Source: Candidatus Bathyarchaeota archaeon
Lineage (GTDB): Archaea; Thermoproteota; Bathyarchaeia; Bathyarchaeales; Bathycorpusculaceae
DNA length: 64,000 nucleotides
Direction: 5' to 3'
Assembly: GCA_963733095.1 (NCBI GenBank)
Contig: CAVTBV010000014.1
Location: 64,001 to 128,000, forward strand
Both the position numbers and the translations under genes were made by a program. Numbering within the stretch: the first letter of the stretch is position 1; each line of letters begins with the position of its first letter. The notes under the pieces were generated by a model. It saw only the letters and a list, made by a program, of their open reading frames with translations, was not told where the DNA came from and did not search any database. Positions 48,886 through 58,435 of the stretch are shown here, piece after piece.

Positions 48886-50358
48886 TTAGGCGGAAGTTTG
48901 TTGCTTCTGCTCTTCAACCTTTTCATTTTTCGGTTTCTTTTTTGTAACCACTTTTTTGGTTTTACGAGTCCTTTTAGGTTTGACGGTTTTTGGTTCTTCA
49001 ACAATTGGTGAAGGTTCAATGGGTACTTGAGGTTCTTCTACCGCATTTGATGTTTCTACAGGACCTTCTGCTTCTGCGGATTTCACATCATCCAGAGCAA
49101 CCTCGGTAATGACTTTTTTTTCTGTTTCCTGTGTAACTAATGCTTCGGTTACAGTCTCTGGCTCTTCAACGTTTAACGATTCTGTTTTGGTGATGGTTGC
49201 TGACTCTACGGTTTTGAGTTCTGGCTCTGAAGGTTCCTCAATTTTTAGTTCAACTCGCCCATCCGCCGCCATCAACCCCTTCTCGACGGCTTGATTCTTC
49301 AGTGACTGAACCTTCATCTCCAAATCAGCCATCATCTTGCCCAAGTCAAAGCCACCGACAAACAGAACTGCATCTATCCTATCGCTCATATCCTGAGTAT
49401 AGATGGGTTCACTTATGATGATTGACTGCAAACTCGTTTTCTCTTTAAACCACTTGGTTATGGCTAACTCAATTTTATCTCTCGGAAGCTTATCCTTCAA
49501 GCTCAAAGGCATACGTAAAACAACATACAGCAGCGTTGCACTCGATAAGTCAAACGTCAAGAGCGGTTTGAGCAGTGCAGTGTTTAACATGTTTTCTAAG
49601 GAGCCATAAATCCTGTAACTTGCGCCGGTAACAACTATGGGAGTGAAAAATTTTGTGTTGAAAGTTCTGGATAATTCGGAGATTTCTTCAACTAATCCAT
49701 CTTTGGCTAAAAATAGGTTCAAGAGGTAATTTGCAACTGTGTTTCCTTTAAGTAATTCCCCTTTTCGGTCAACGCCCTCATAGCTTTCAATAAGGTCCCT
49801 GTCCATGAGTATGGCTGTTGCTCCTTCAATTGCCAAGCACATTTCTAAGGCGGCATAGGCGTTGAAGTGGGAATCTGTGGGCTGAATTTTCGAGGGCAAA
49901 ACCGCTATGGCTAGGGAATCGATGTTTGCAGCCTTAAATTTCCCTATCAACGCTGGTAGCGTAGCGCTTCCAACTCCATCCCAGGCAGACGAAAAAATTA
50001 TGGCGCTTTGGAGTTTTTCTGTGTCTTTTCTCCTTAAACTTTCCAGGACTGATCTATTCCTTGAAATAGTTGGCAAAACATTATACCAGAAATGCGTGTC
50101 AATACGTTGGTCTTCGAAGCCTAAAACAAAATGTGGCGCGTAGCCTTTTGGAAGCCACTTGTAGATTTCATCGCTTGACTTTTCAATCAAAACGGGTAGG
50201 GCTTGCTCTCTAATGGTTGCATCGGGTGTTTTAAGGAGGGTTTTTATGGTGTATTCGCCGATGCAGACTAAAGCTTGTTTGGGTAGGAGTGGTTTTAGGG
50301 CTTTGATGTGTTTTTCTATGCTCTCCAGCACGTTAAAAGTGCTTTTGCCATCCATCAT
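48886..50358 (-). CDS. highly divergent FtsZ/CetZ/tubulin-like protein with acidic-then-basic disordered tail
   Basis: LVCIGEY (T1-like), FSSAWDGVGSA (T4-like), AIAVLPS...FNAYAAL, ALLKPLLTFDLSSA and RIDAVLFVGG follow the tubulin-fold order. Confidence 0.62.
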   Translation of the reverse strand: MMDGKSTFNVLESIEKHIKALKPLLPKQALVCIGEYTIKTLLKTPDATIREQALPVLIEKSSDEIYKWLPKGYAPHFVLGFEDQRIDTHFWYNVLPTISRNRSVLESLRRKDTEKLQSAIIFSSAWDGVGSATLPALIGKFKAANIDSLAIAVLPSKIQPTDSHFNAYAALEMCLAIEGATAILMDRDLIESYEGVDRKGELLKGNTVANYLLNLFLAKDGLVEEISELSRTFNTKFFTPIVVTGASYRIYGSLENMLNTALLKPLLTFDLSSATLLYVVLRMPLSLKDKLPRDKIELAITKWFKEKTSLQSIIISEPIYTQDMSDRIDAVLFVGGFDLGKMMADLEMKVQSLKNQAVEKGLMAADGRVELKIEEPSEPELKTVESATITKTESLNVEEPETVTEALVTQETEKKVITEVALDDVKSAEAEGPVETSNAVEEPQVPIEPSPIVEEPKTVKPKRTRKTKKVVTKKKPKNEKVEEQKQQTSA

Positions 50359-50419
50359 CCGAGGTACCTACATAAACTTTAAGAAGAGTTTACCTAAAAT
50401 AAGGTTTTAGGTAGATTGA

Positions 50420-52822
50420 GTGAAGAAGCCCTCGCTTAAGATTTCTGGCGTAAACTCGTGGTACAAAACCAGAAGACAGAAAAACAAAGAAAAAGAAGAG
50501 TTGGAACGCAACCTTGAATCTTCATCACTCAAAATGTTCACTTTTCTGGTCACAGCTATTGCTATGGCTTTGGGCATGTCCTATCTACCAATTTTTCCTC
50601 AGCCTCTGCCAATTTTAATAGCGGTTTTGGTTGCTTTTGCCGTTTACCGAAGTCCACGTTTAGGTATGCCCGTTGGAGGTGCCGTCATAGGGTTTGGGTT
50701 ACTGTATCACTTGGCTGAGCTGAAGTTCATATCCTTCCTTGGGGACCCACCCGTTCGTGTGACGTTTGTCGTTGTTTGGTTGGCGTTGTTTATAGCTTTA
50801 CCCATAGTTTCTAACCGCTACAAAAGTGCTCTCGCAATCGATTTTGGCATATTGGCAGTCACATGTCTTTTCTTTGCACCACTCTACTTCTTAGCTATCC
50901 CCCTGATTTTGGCTTCAGCTGTATACTTCAAAAAATACGTCAGTTTTTCCGTTATCTATTTCGTATTGCTTATGGTGCCCCTGCAAATCATGCAGTACTA
51001 CACCTATGTGGTTAAACCGATTATCCGATCAGACTGGTGGGTAGAAGCCGGCTCCAGTCCGCCTCTTCTTGTTCCTTTAACCTCAATTGCTAAAGACATC
51101 AGCGGTTCTGTAGATCAGTTTCGGCTCTACGATTTGTCCAAAGTTGTCTACGACATTGCAGGGCAGACCACGTGGATTCCTGACTGGCCAGGACGCACCA
51201 TAGGCGATGCAGTAACTCAATACCGGGATTCTATTCCAGGATTGTTGATGTTTGTTGTGATCGTGGTTGGGTTGGCAGTGACGCTCATGTTCTTCACCAG
51301 AATGATGGTTAAAGAGGGCATAATAGGAGCTGGCGACAAGTTCTTCCAATGCTTCACAGCAACCATAGCCGCAGCAGTGTTCTTTGTGCTGTTGAATGCT
51401 CTCCAAGTGCCTTTAGCGTTTACAGCTGACGTTAGCCCTACAACGATGGTACTTGGGATTTTTGCAACCTTCCTCCTCACAATACCCGTCCTCTTTATCA
51501 ATACCGCGCCAAAGCAGACCACATCGTTTTCTGAAGTCACAAAGAAAGCTCAAGCACTAAAAGACAAATTACGCATCCTTGAGGCACAGTTAGAAAATGT
51601 GAAAGAAAACATCCCAGTGATTGTAAGTTCGCCTGAAGGCAAAATGTTAGTCATCAAAGATTCCGTTGATGAAACACTCAAGAACATACTCATGCATGCT
51701 TATGACCAATCAGAGTTAGACATAAAGCTTCGAGAAATTGCCGACCTAAGCAAGGATACGGATGCCATAGAAACAGAACTTAACACCATATTGGCAGAAT
51801 ACCAAATCTTCTCCAACTGTCAATTCTCGGATTGGATGGGAAAACTCAAAGCCACTGGATTAGACATCAAAACAACCTTGAATGCTCCTTACCAAAAAGA
51901 GCTGTCGTTGGAACAGAGAATCCAAGCTATCAAAGACATTTTAGAGCAAGGTCGTGCCTTAACTCGGGAAGTTATTGGAGTTACTGAACCTATCTATGGA
52001 ATCATAAAGCCGCTTTATGATCCTTCTCTTCCAGAGAAAAGCCGCTCAGTAGAATTTGCCCAAGAAAAACTTGCGACGAAAGAAGCACCCTGGATAGCTA
52101 TTGAGGCATTGTATAACTCGCTTAATAACTGGAAGCGCCAGTACGGCTCAGACATTAAGGCGTCCATGAAGTATCTTCGAACCTCCTTGACACCGATTGC
52201 AAGGCTAAGCTGCAGTGAAGATTTAGCGTCAGTCTTTGGTGAGAACACTCAAAAAGTGGTCGGCTACGCCCGGACAGCAGAAGCAATGAAAGCTAACGCC
52301 GAAGTCAGGGCGGAGAAAGAAGAGTTGGACATTTTAGACGTTGTAGCTTTGAAGGATGACGTTCAAGACTATCTTAGAATATCCAACGACGTCTTAACCA
52401 TGCTCTACAGTGGAATAGTCAGCGATGAAGAAGCAATTGACCGTTTATTGCCAACCAAAGATTACCTTTGGGAGAAAAACTCAAACCTGCGCGACCGCCT
52501 AAAGAAAGTCACTGAAACCCTCGCTAACCCATCAACCTACAAGATAAACCAGATAATGGAAAATCTGCCTACTTACCTCTCATATCTGGAAGAGGCCGTA
52601 CAAACTTTGGCGGTTTATAGTGAACGCAAAGAGTTCCTGCTCAATTACCCCTTGGCAGAAGCAGCAATCGAAGAACGCCTCAAAGAAAAGCAAAGGCTTT
52701 TGCCCCAGGATTTGCCGTTCCCGCCAAGGTTCGCCGCGGAGTATTTGAGACTCTACTATACCGCAAGGTTTGGCGAGTACGCTTTTGACACGGACAACCT
52801 GGCGCTGACTAAAAGAGGTTAG
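50420..52822 (+). CDS. polytopic membrane protein (~10 TM) with ~430-aa cytoplasmic helical rod
   Basis: Hydrophobic residues ~40-360, then heptad-rich helices (KKAQALKDKLRILEAQLENVKE...). Confidence 0.75.
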   Translation: MKKPSLKISGVNSWYKTRRQKNKEKEELERNLESSSLKMFTFLVTAIAMALGMSYLPIFPQPLPILIAVLVAFAVYRSPRLGMPVGGAVIGFGLLYHLAELKFISFLGDPPVRVTFVVVWLALFIALPIVSNRYKSALAIDFGILAVTCLFFAPLYFLAIPLILASAVYFKKYVSFSVIYFVLLMVPLQIMQYYTYVVKPIIRSDWWVEAGSSPPLLVPLTSIAKDISGSVDQFRLYDLSKVVYDIAGQTTWIPDWPGRTIGDAVTQYRDSIPGLLMFVVIVVGLAVTLMFFTRMMVKEGIIGAGDKFFQCFTATIAAAVFFVLLNALQVPLAFTADVSPTTMVLGIFATFLLTIPVLFINTAPKQTTSFSEVTKKAQALKDKLRILEAQLENVKENIPVIVSSPEGKMLVIKDSVDETLKNILMHAYDQSELDIKLREIADLSKDTDAIETELNTILAEYQIFSNCQFSDWMGKLKATGLDIKTTLNAPYQKELSLEQRIQAIKDILEQGRALTREVIGVTEPIYGIIKPLYDPSLPEKSRSVEFAQEKLATKEAPWIAIEALYNSLNNWKRQYGSDIKASMKYLRTSLTPIARLSCSEDLASVFGENTQKVVGYARTAEAMKANAEVRAEKEELDILDVVALKDDVQDYLRISNDVLTMLYSGIVSDEEAIDRLLPTKDYLWEKNSNLRDRLKKVTETLANPSTYKINQIMENLPTYLSYLEEAVQTLAVYSERKEFLLNYPLAEAAIEERLKEKQRLLPQDLPFPPRFAAEYLRLYYTARFGEYAFDTDNLALTKRG

Positions 52823-53007
52823 CCATCTTTTTAACATGCTAATCGCGACGAGAATCACCAATACGACCTACCCCTAAGGTTTCAACATAGAGCCTTACTT
52901 AGGATCCAAACAGGTGGGCGGAAACGTTTGTGGGTGTGCCATGTTAGTAACCACTTTTTATATTCCTAGTTACTCATTATTTTAGCAAAGAGTTTTGAGG
53001 AATTCAA

Positions 53008-53682
53008 ATGGCTTTTTTTACTGATCGCATCGACGCTGGAAAACGTTTGGCTTTGGCGTTGAAGGATTTTTCAAGCAAGAACGGGATAGTTTTGGGGATT
53101 CCGCGAGGCGGCGTCGTGGTAGGTTATATGATTGCTAAAGCACTTAACCTGTCTTTGGACGTGATTATTCCCAGAAAGATTGGTGCACCCGACAACCCGG
53201 AACTGGCAATCGGCGCCGTTGCTGAAGACGGAACCGCAATCCTCGACAACAACCTAATCAAGTACCTCGGAGTCAACCGAGAGTACCTCAAAGAAGAAAC
53301 TGAACTCCAAAAACAGGAAATCGGTCGCAGGCTAAAACTATACAGGCAAGACACATCTTACCCAAACCTGAAAGGACTCGACGTCATCGTTGTCGACGAT
53401 GGCATAGCTACGGGCTCAACCATGAAAGCGGCTTTGGCATCAGTCAAAAACAGGGGCGCCGCAAGCATAACCGTCGCGGTTCCTGTGGGTCCACCCTCAA
53501 CAATTGAAGAACTCAAAAATATGAGTGACCGCGTCGTTTGCCTCTACAAACCCGAGTTTTTCCAAGCTATAGGTGAATTCTACGGAGATTTCAGCCAAAC
53601 ATCGGATGAAGAAGTAATAAGACTGCTCGAAGAAAGCAAAAAGAACCAAAGTGGAAAATCAAAAGGAATGGATGTTTTATGA
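53008..53682 (+). CDS. type I phosphoribosyltransferase-like protein
   Basis: FTDRIDAGKRLA, GIPRGGV, VIVVDDGIATGST. Confidence 0.9.
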   Translation: MAFFTDRIDAGKRLALALKDFSSKNGIVLGIPRGGVVVGYMIAKALNLSLDVIIPRKIGAPDNPELAIGAVAEDGTAILDNNLIKYLGVNREYLKEETELQKQEIGRRLKLYRQDTSYPNLKGLDVIVVDDGIATGSTMKAALASVKNRGAASITVAVPVGPPSTIEELKNMSDRVVCLYKPEFFQAIGEFYGDFSQTSDEEVIRLLEESKKNQSGKSKGMDVL

Positions 53683-54329
53683 TTCACAACCAAACAGATA
53701 TGAAAATTCCAGTCGGAAGCGTAGAAGTTGAAGGAACTTTAACCTTGCCGCCTGGCGCTAAAGGAGTTGTTTTGTTTGCTCATGGCAGCGGTAGCAGCAG
53801 GTTTAGCCCAAGAAACCAATATGTTGCCAAAGAATTCAACAACGCCAAAATCGGAACGCTGTTATTTGACCTCCTCACACAAGAAGAGGAAGAAACGGAC
53901 ATAGTAACTGCAGAATACCGCTTTAACATCCCCTTACTTGCAGAACGCCTTATGGGAGCTACAGTATGGCTGAGGAATGACCTCTTGACAAGAAGGTTAG
54001 CTTTCGGGTATTTTGGGGCGAGTACGGGTGCGGCTGCGGCTTTGATTGCTGCTGCAAAACTTCCGGATGACGTTGTGGTGGTAGTTTCGCGTGGAGGTCG
54101 ACCTGACCTTGCAGGCGATTATCTGCCCAGAGTAGTATCGCCGACTCTGCTGTTAGTGGGTGGCTTAGATACTGAAGTGATTGCGTTAAACCGCCTTGCA
54201 ATGGACCAAATGACAAATGAAAAGAAACTTGTCATAATTCCGGGTGCAACACATCTGTTTGAGGAACCCGGTACTCTTGAAGAAGTAGCAAAGTCTTCGA
54301 CTGATTGGTTCCTACGCTATCTGCACTAA
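53679..54329 (+). CDS. alpha/beta hydrolase (dienelactone hydrolase-like)
   Basis: FAHGSGSSRFSPRN, GASTG nucleophile, GATHLFEEPG. Confidence 0.9.
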   Translation: MIHNQTDMKIPVGSVEVEGTLTLPPGAKGVVLFAHGSGSSRFSPRNQYVAKEFNNAKIGTLLFDLLTQEEEETDIVTAEYRFNIPLLAERLMGATVWLRNDLLTRRLAFGYFGASTGAAAALIAAAKLPDDVVVVVSRGGRPDLAGDYLPRVVSPTLLLVGGLDTEVIALNRLAMDQMTNEKKLVIIPGATHLFEEPGTLEEVAKSSTDWFLRYLH

Positions 54330-54342
54330 CGAAGCTGGCCGT

Positions 54343-54774
54343 TTATTCACCTTTGGGCGCGGTTATCATCTTGAACAGTGCGTAGTTCTCTGCGATGTCG
54401 GAGGTGTAGATGATGCTGAAGGCTAAAACCGCTTCTAGGGGTACGTTCATGTAGACTCTTTCTTTTGAGACTCTTAACGCCTGAGATTCTGAGGTTAAAA
54501 TCACGTTCAAGGTATCTCCAACTTCCAGTTCGTCCCCAATTCTGTGTCCATCTTCAGATTCCTTGTCAAGGGCTATGACTGTTTTCCAAGCGTCTGGCCC
54601 CCCGAAATCAACGATGATGTAGGGGTGTCCTATCTGAATTATGGACGAGATAGAGATTGAGGGCATACATTTCTCGCATTTTCCCACTAGCTGATTCATT
54701 TCTGTTTGGCTTAATGGTATGACGAGAACTTTATGCTTAATGCTGGATTGGTCTGTAACAGTGAAAAACTGCAT
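54343..54774 (-). CDS. hypothetical protein
   Basis: 143-aa ORF with TTTAAA box upstream; no recognised motif. Confidence 0.6.
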   Translation of the reverse strand: MQFFTVTDQSSIKHKVLVIPLSQTEMNQLVGKCEKCMPSISISSIIQIGHPYIIVDFGGPDAWKTVIALDKESEDGHRIGDELEVGDTLNVILTSESQALRVSKERVYMNVPLEAVLAFSIIYTSDIAENYALFKMITAPKGE

Positions 54775-55029
54775 AAAATCACAAGGTAGTTATGTTTTTG
54801 GAAGCCTTTAAACTTTTTCTGTCCAATTGAAGTTGCGCTATCACGGTTCCCTTAGAAACTTTCTGGTGCTTCACGGTAAGGCATCTCCAAATCGCGCAGA
54901 CAACAGACGGTTTGGATCTGTTTAAGCTTTTGCTAGTTTGTCTGAACAGAAAAAAAGAGTTACAGATAAGAAATTTTTATATTTTTAGAAAACAATTCAT
55001 TATATAACAGCATTTTAGAAGGTGATTTT

Positions 55030-55224
55030 TTGGCAAGAAAGAAAGGTGACCAGTATAAGTGTGATGAATGCGGCTTGGTTGTTTTGATTGAAACTCCATG
55101 CGACTGCGAAGATACCGGGGAACTGATTTGTTGCGAGCAACCAATGAAACCGGTCAAAGCAGCATCAAAGAAGGCTGCCTCTAAAGCTCCAGCTAAGGCT
55201 TCTGCAAAATCAAAGAAGAAATAA
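55030..55224 (+). CDS. desulforedoxin-like metal-binding protein with Lys/Ala-rich tail
   Basis: YKCDECGLVV...CDC...LICCEQPM; SD GGTGA before TTG. Confidence 0.75.
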   Translation: MARKKGDQYKCDECGLVVLIETPCDCEDTGELICCEQPMKPVKAASKKAASKAPAKASAKSKKK

Positions 55225-55302
55225 TCACGTTCAAACGCTTTTTCACACACACTCTTTTTCTTTCGTAGTGTAAATTATAATTATTTTGAAAAATTTCTTA
55301 TC

Positions 55303-56052
55303 TTATTCCTTAAGGATTTTCACCAATTTCTCAACTTGCCCAATAATATACTCGTTTATCTCCTGCCCTTTCTCGACGGTCGCCACCGTTGGGTCGCCTT
55401 GTACTCCGCTTGGAAAATAGAGTTCAGGATGCGCAACAACCTCAAAACGGGGCATCTCTGAGAAACTCGCGGCGCCTTTTGCTTTAACCAGCTCAGGCTT
55501 GATAGCCATCACTCGAGCGGTTTCAATTGTCCCTGCATGCCCATCTTTTTCTGAAGCATACTTGGACGTTAATTCTTGTGCAAAATCATAGTCTGAGAGC
55601 ACCATAATCCGCGTCTTCTTCTCTGCTTTTTGGGCGTCGTTTTTTATTACGATGTCTTGGGCTGCCATCCTCAAAGCAATCATATGTGAATTTCCTGCAT
55701 GGCCGCTAAGAACGATGATTCTGTGAAAGCCGTTTCGTAATAGCTCTGAAAGAATTTCATTCACCATTCGGTAAAATGTGTCGAATCCAATTGTAATCGT
55801 TCCCGCAAAGTTGCGTGTAGCATTACAAATGCCATAGCGCAGCGGGGGAGCAACGAGGCATCCTGTTTTTTTGGCGACTTCCAAAGCAACGTACTCGGGT
55901 TGGATACTGTCAGTGCATAGGGGCAAGTGCTCGCCGTGCTCTTCGACGCTTCCTACAGGAAAAATCACGACTGTGCCGTCTTCCGAGGCTTGGGCTGCTT
56001 CTTTGGTGCTTAATTCATCAAGCCAGAAGTGTTGCGTTTTGGAGATTGACAT
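55303..56052 (-). CDS. creatininase-family amidohydrolase
   Basis: PVGSVEEHGEHLPLCTD, SGHAGN, HAGTIET. Confidence 0.9.
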   Translation of the reverse strand: MSISKTQHFWLDELSTKEAAQASEDGTVVIFPVGSVEEHGEHLPLCTDSIQPEYVALEVAKKTGCLVAPPLRYGICNATRNFAGTITIGFDTFYRMVNEILSELLRNGFHRIIVLSGHAGNSHMIALRMAAQDIVIKNDAQKAEKKTRIMVLSDYDFAQELTSKYASEKDGHAGTIETARVMAIKPELVKAKGAASFSEMPRFEVVAHPELYFPSGVQGDPTVATVEKGQEINEYIIGQVEKLVKILKE

Positions 56053-56158
56053 AGCTGTAAGTTGGCGGATGTTCTTCTTTTATTTTTTGGAAAATAACCA
56101 GCGAAGAACCCTTAAAGAAAGGAATAACAAAACAATACTCTGACTTTTAGAATTAAAT

Positions 56159-58435
56159 TTAGGTAGATACCTTGCAAAGTCGCCGCAAAATGATCGTGGC
56201 TGCCTTCTTGTCTAGGGGTTGGTTTTCGTTTCCGCATTTGGGTGAGTATATGCATGAGGGGCAGCCTTCTTTGCATTCGCAGTTTTCAATGAGCTCCAGT
56301 GTTTTTTCCCACAGCGGCTTTATGTTTGAGTAGAGGGTTTCTGAGATTCCGATGCCGCCTTCAAATCCATCGTAGATGAAAATTGTTGGCTCGCCTGTAT
56401 CCGGGTGCAGAGGGGTCGATAATCCGCCGATGTCCCATCGGTCACACATCGCAAAAATAGGCGACATCGCTATCATGGAATGTTCAACAGCGTGGAGTCC
56501 TCCATCAAAATCAAGCCCTTGTGCTTCTATTTCTTCTCTAATTTCTTCTGGGATAATAAACCACAAACCAACAGTTGAAAAAGAGAGCGGGGGCAAACTA
56601 AGTGGGGTTCTTTTTATGACTTCATCGTATGTTTTGGTGAGGTAGGTATGGTAAATTTCGGTAATGGATAGTTCTCCTAATCCAACTTTAACTCCGTTGT
56701 TGTTCTCTTCATGTGCTTTTTTGATTGTGACATCGACGTCTTTTAGTGCCTCGGTGTAGTAGTTGACGTTTTCTTGCCTAACTTTAGCAGTTAATTGATC
56801 CAAGTCGAGGTCTTCTGAGATATAGGTCTCTCCTTGATGAAGTAAAACGGCTCCTGCGTGAGCTTCTTCGTAGGCTTTGTTTAGGGTGAGTGTTTCTAGA
56901 AGGTTATCGTTGCAGGTCACGGTGACGGTTTGATGGGTTATGCTTTCAAGATTTACAATTTCTGTTGTTCTTGCTGTACCTGAGTAGACCCATCCGCGTG
57001 GTGTTTTTCGGATTAGGTTTTCTTGCTCCAGCGCTCGAATGCTTTCTGGGAGCAGTTCTGTGAAAAATTGTCTATCAACTGCTTCGTTGATTGGCAGTTC
57101 GCTTGATGCGCACATTATGTGTCCCAAAGAAATGTATTGGTTATGGAGGTCGATGATTGCTTGTTCGTGTGGTCTTCCAAAGAAGTCGTTTGGGTGTTTC
57201 ATGAAGTATTGGTCGAGTGGGTTTTGGAAGGCTACTAGAGTTACGAGTGAATCGGAGTTGCTTCTTCCGGCGCGTCCTGCTTGTTGCCATGTTGAGATGA
57301 TGGTTCCTGGGTAGCCGGAAATGATGACTGAGTCTAGTGAGCCTATGTCGATTCCGAGTTCCAGTGCGTTGGTTGAGACGACGCCGATTAGGTTTTTGTT
57401 TTTTAGTTTGTTTTCTATTTCTCTTCTTTCTTGGGGTAGGTAGCCTGCACGGTAGGCTGTTATGAGTGTGGGTGATTTTTTTCGTTTTGTGAGTTCTTCT
57501 TTGGTCCATCGTGTTATGAGTTCAGCCATTTGTCGTGATGTTGTGAAGCAGAGTGTTTGCAGGTTTTTGAGGAGGTTTAGTGTTAGGATGTCTTTGGTTT
57601 CTTGGTGTGTTGATCTGCGATTTGTGTTTGCTTCGTCGATGAATGGTGGGTTCCAGAATAAAAATGATTTATTTCCTCTTGGAGCGCCATCTTTTGAGAC
57701 TACTTCAAAATCCTTTCCTGTCAGTCTGCTGGCGTGTTCCTTTGGGTTTGCGATTGTTGCTGAGGAGAGTATGATTTGTGGGTTTGCGTGATAGTAACTG
57801 CAGATTCTTAATAGTCTTCTTATGACCATGGCGACGTTTGAGCCGAAGACTCCGCGGTAGACGTGTGCTTCATCGATTACGATGAATTTGAGGTTTTGAA
57901 GAAAGGTTCGCCATTTGTAGTGCCAGGGTAGGTATTGGTGGAGTCCGTAGGGGTTGGTTAGGATTATTCTTGAGTTTTCTCGTATGCTTGCTCTTTGATG
58001 CGGGGGCGTATCTCCGTCATAGACATTGGCGTCTGTCTTTATGCATGTGTCTTTTTCGAGTTCTTTTAGGACTTTTAGTTGATCGTTTGTTAGCGCCTTT
58101 GTTGGGTAGAGGTATAGTGCGGTTGCTTTCTTGTCGTTGGTTAATGCTTCAAGAACAGGAATGTTAAAGGCTAATGTTTTTCCTGAGGCGGTAGGAGTGG
58201 CAATTACGACGTTTTTGCTTTGTCTGGCTATGTTTATGGCTTCGGCTTGATGGGAATAGAATTTTATTTTCCTGTTTAACAGGCAATTTTGGATTTTTTG
58301 GGTAAGCGGTTTCTCGAGTTCTGCATAATTTGCTTCTTGAGAAGGAATTTTTTCTATATGTACGATTTGTTTTTTGTAGGACGACATGTGTTTTATCGAT
58401 TTTATGAAGTCATCTATCAAGGTTCCATTCCTCAT
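56159..58435 (-). CDS. DEAD/DEAH helicase with DUF1998 (MrfA/Hrq1 family)
   Basis: TPTASGKT, DEAH, SAT, TNALELGIDIG, QQAGRAGR, C-terminal CECKEGCPSC. Confidence 0.92.
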   Translation of the reverse strand: MRNGTLIDDFIKSIKHMSSYKKQIVHIEKIPSQEANYAELEKPLTQKIQNCLLNRKIKFYSHQAEAINIARQSKNVVIATPTASGKTLAFNIPVLEALTNDKKATALYLYPTKALTNDQLKVLKELEKDTCIKTDANVYDGDTPPHQRASIRENSRIILTNPYGLHQYLPWHYKWRTFLQNLKFIVIDEAHVYRGVFGSNVAMVIRRLLRICSYYHANPQIILSSATIANPKEHASRLTGKDFEVVSKDGAPRGNKSFLFWNPPFIDEANTNRRSTHQETKDILTLNLLKNLQTLCFTTSRQMAELITRWTKEELTKRKKSPTLITAYRAGYLPQERREIENKLKNKNLIGVVSTNALELGIDIGSLDSVIISGYPGTIISTWQQAGRAGRSNSDSLVTLVAFQNPLDQYFMKHPNDFFGRPHEQAIIDLHNQYISLGHIMCASSELPINEAVDRQFFTELLPESIRALEQENLIRKTPRGWVYSGTARTTEIVNLESITHQTVTVTCNDNLLETLTLNKAYEEAHAGAVLLHQGETYISEDLDLDQLTAKVRQENVNYYTEALKDVDVTIKKAHEENNNGVKVGLGELSITEIYHTYLTKTYDEVIKRTPLSLPPLSFSTVGLWFIIPEEIREEIEAQGLDFDGGLHAVEHSMIAMSPIFAMCDRWDIGGLSTPLHPDTGEPTIFIYDGFEGGIGISETLYSNIKPLWEKTLELIENCECKEGCPSCIYSPKCGNENQPLDKKAATIILRRLCKVST

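Noticed and set aside
53008-54329. PRTase plus hydrolase pair as a novel or defence system
   Set aside because: Widespread known pairing (fused in some actinobacteria); nothing unusual here.
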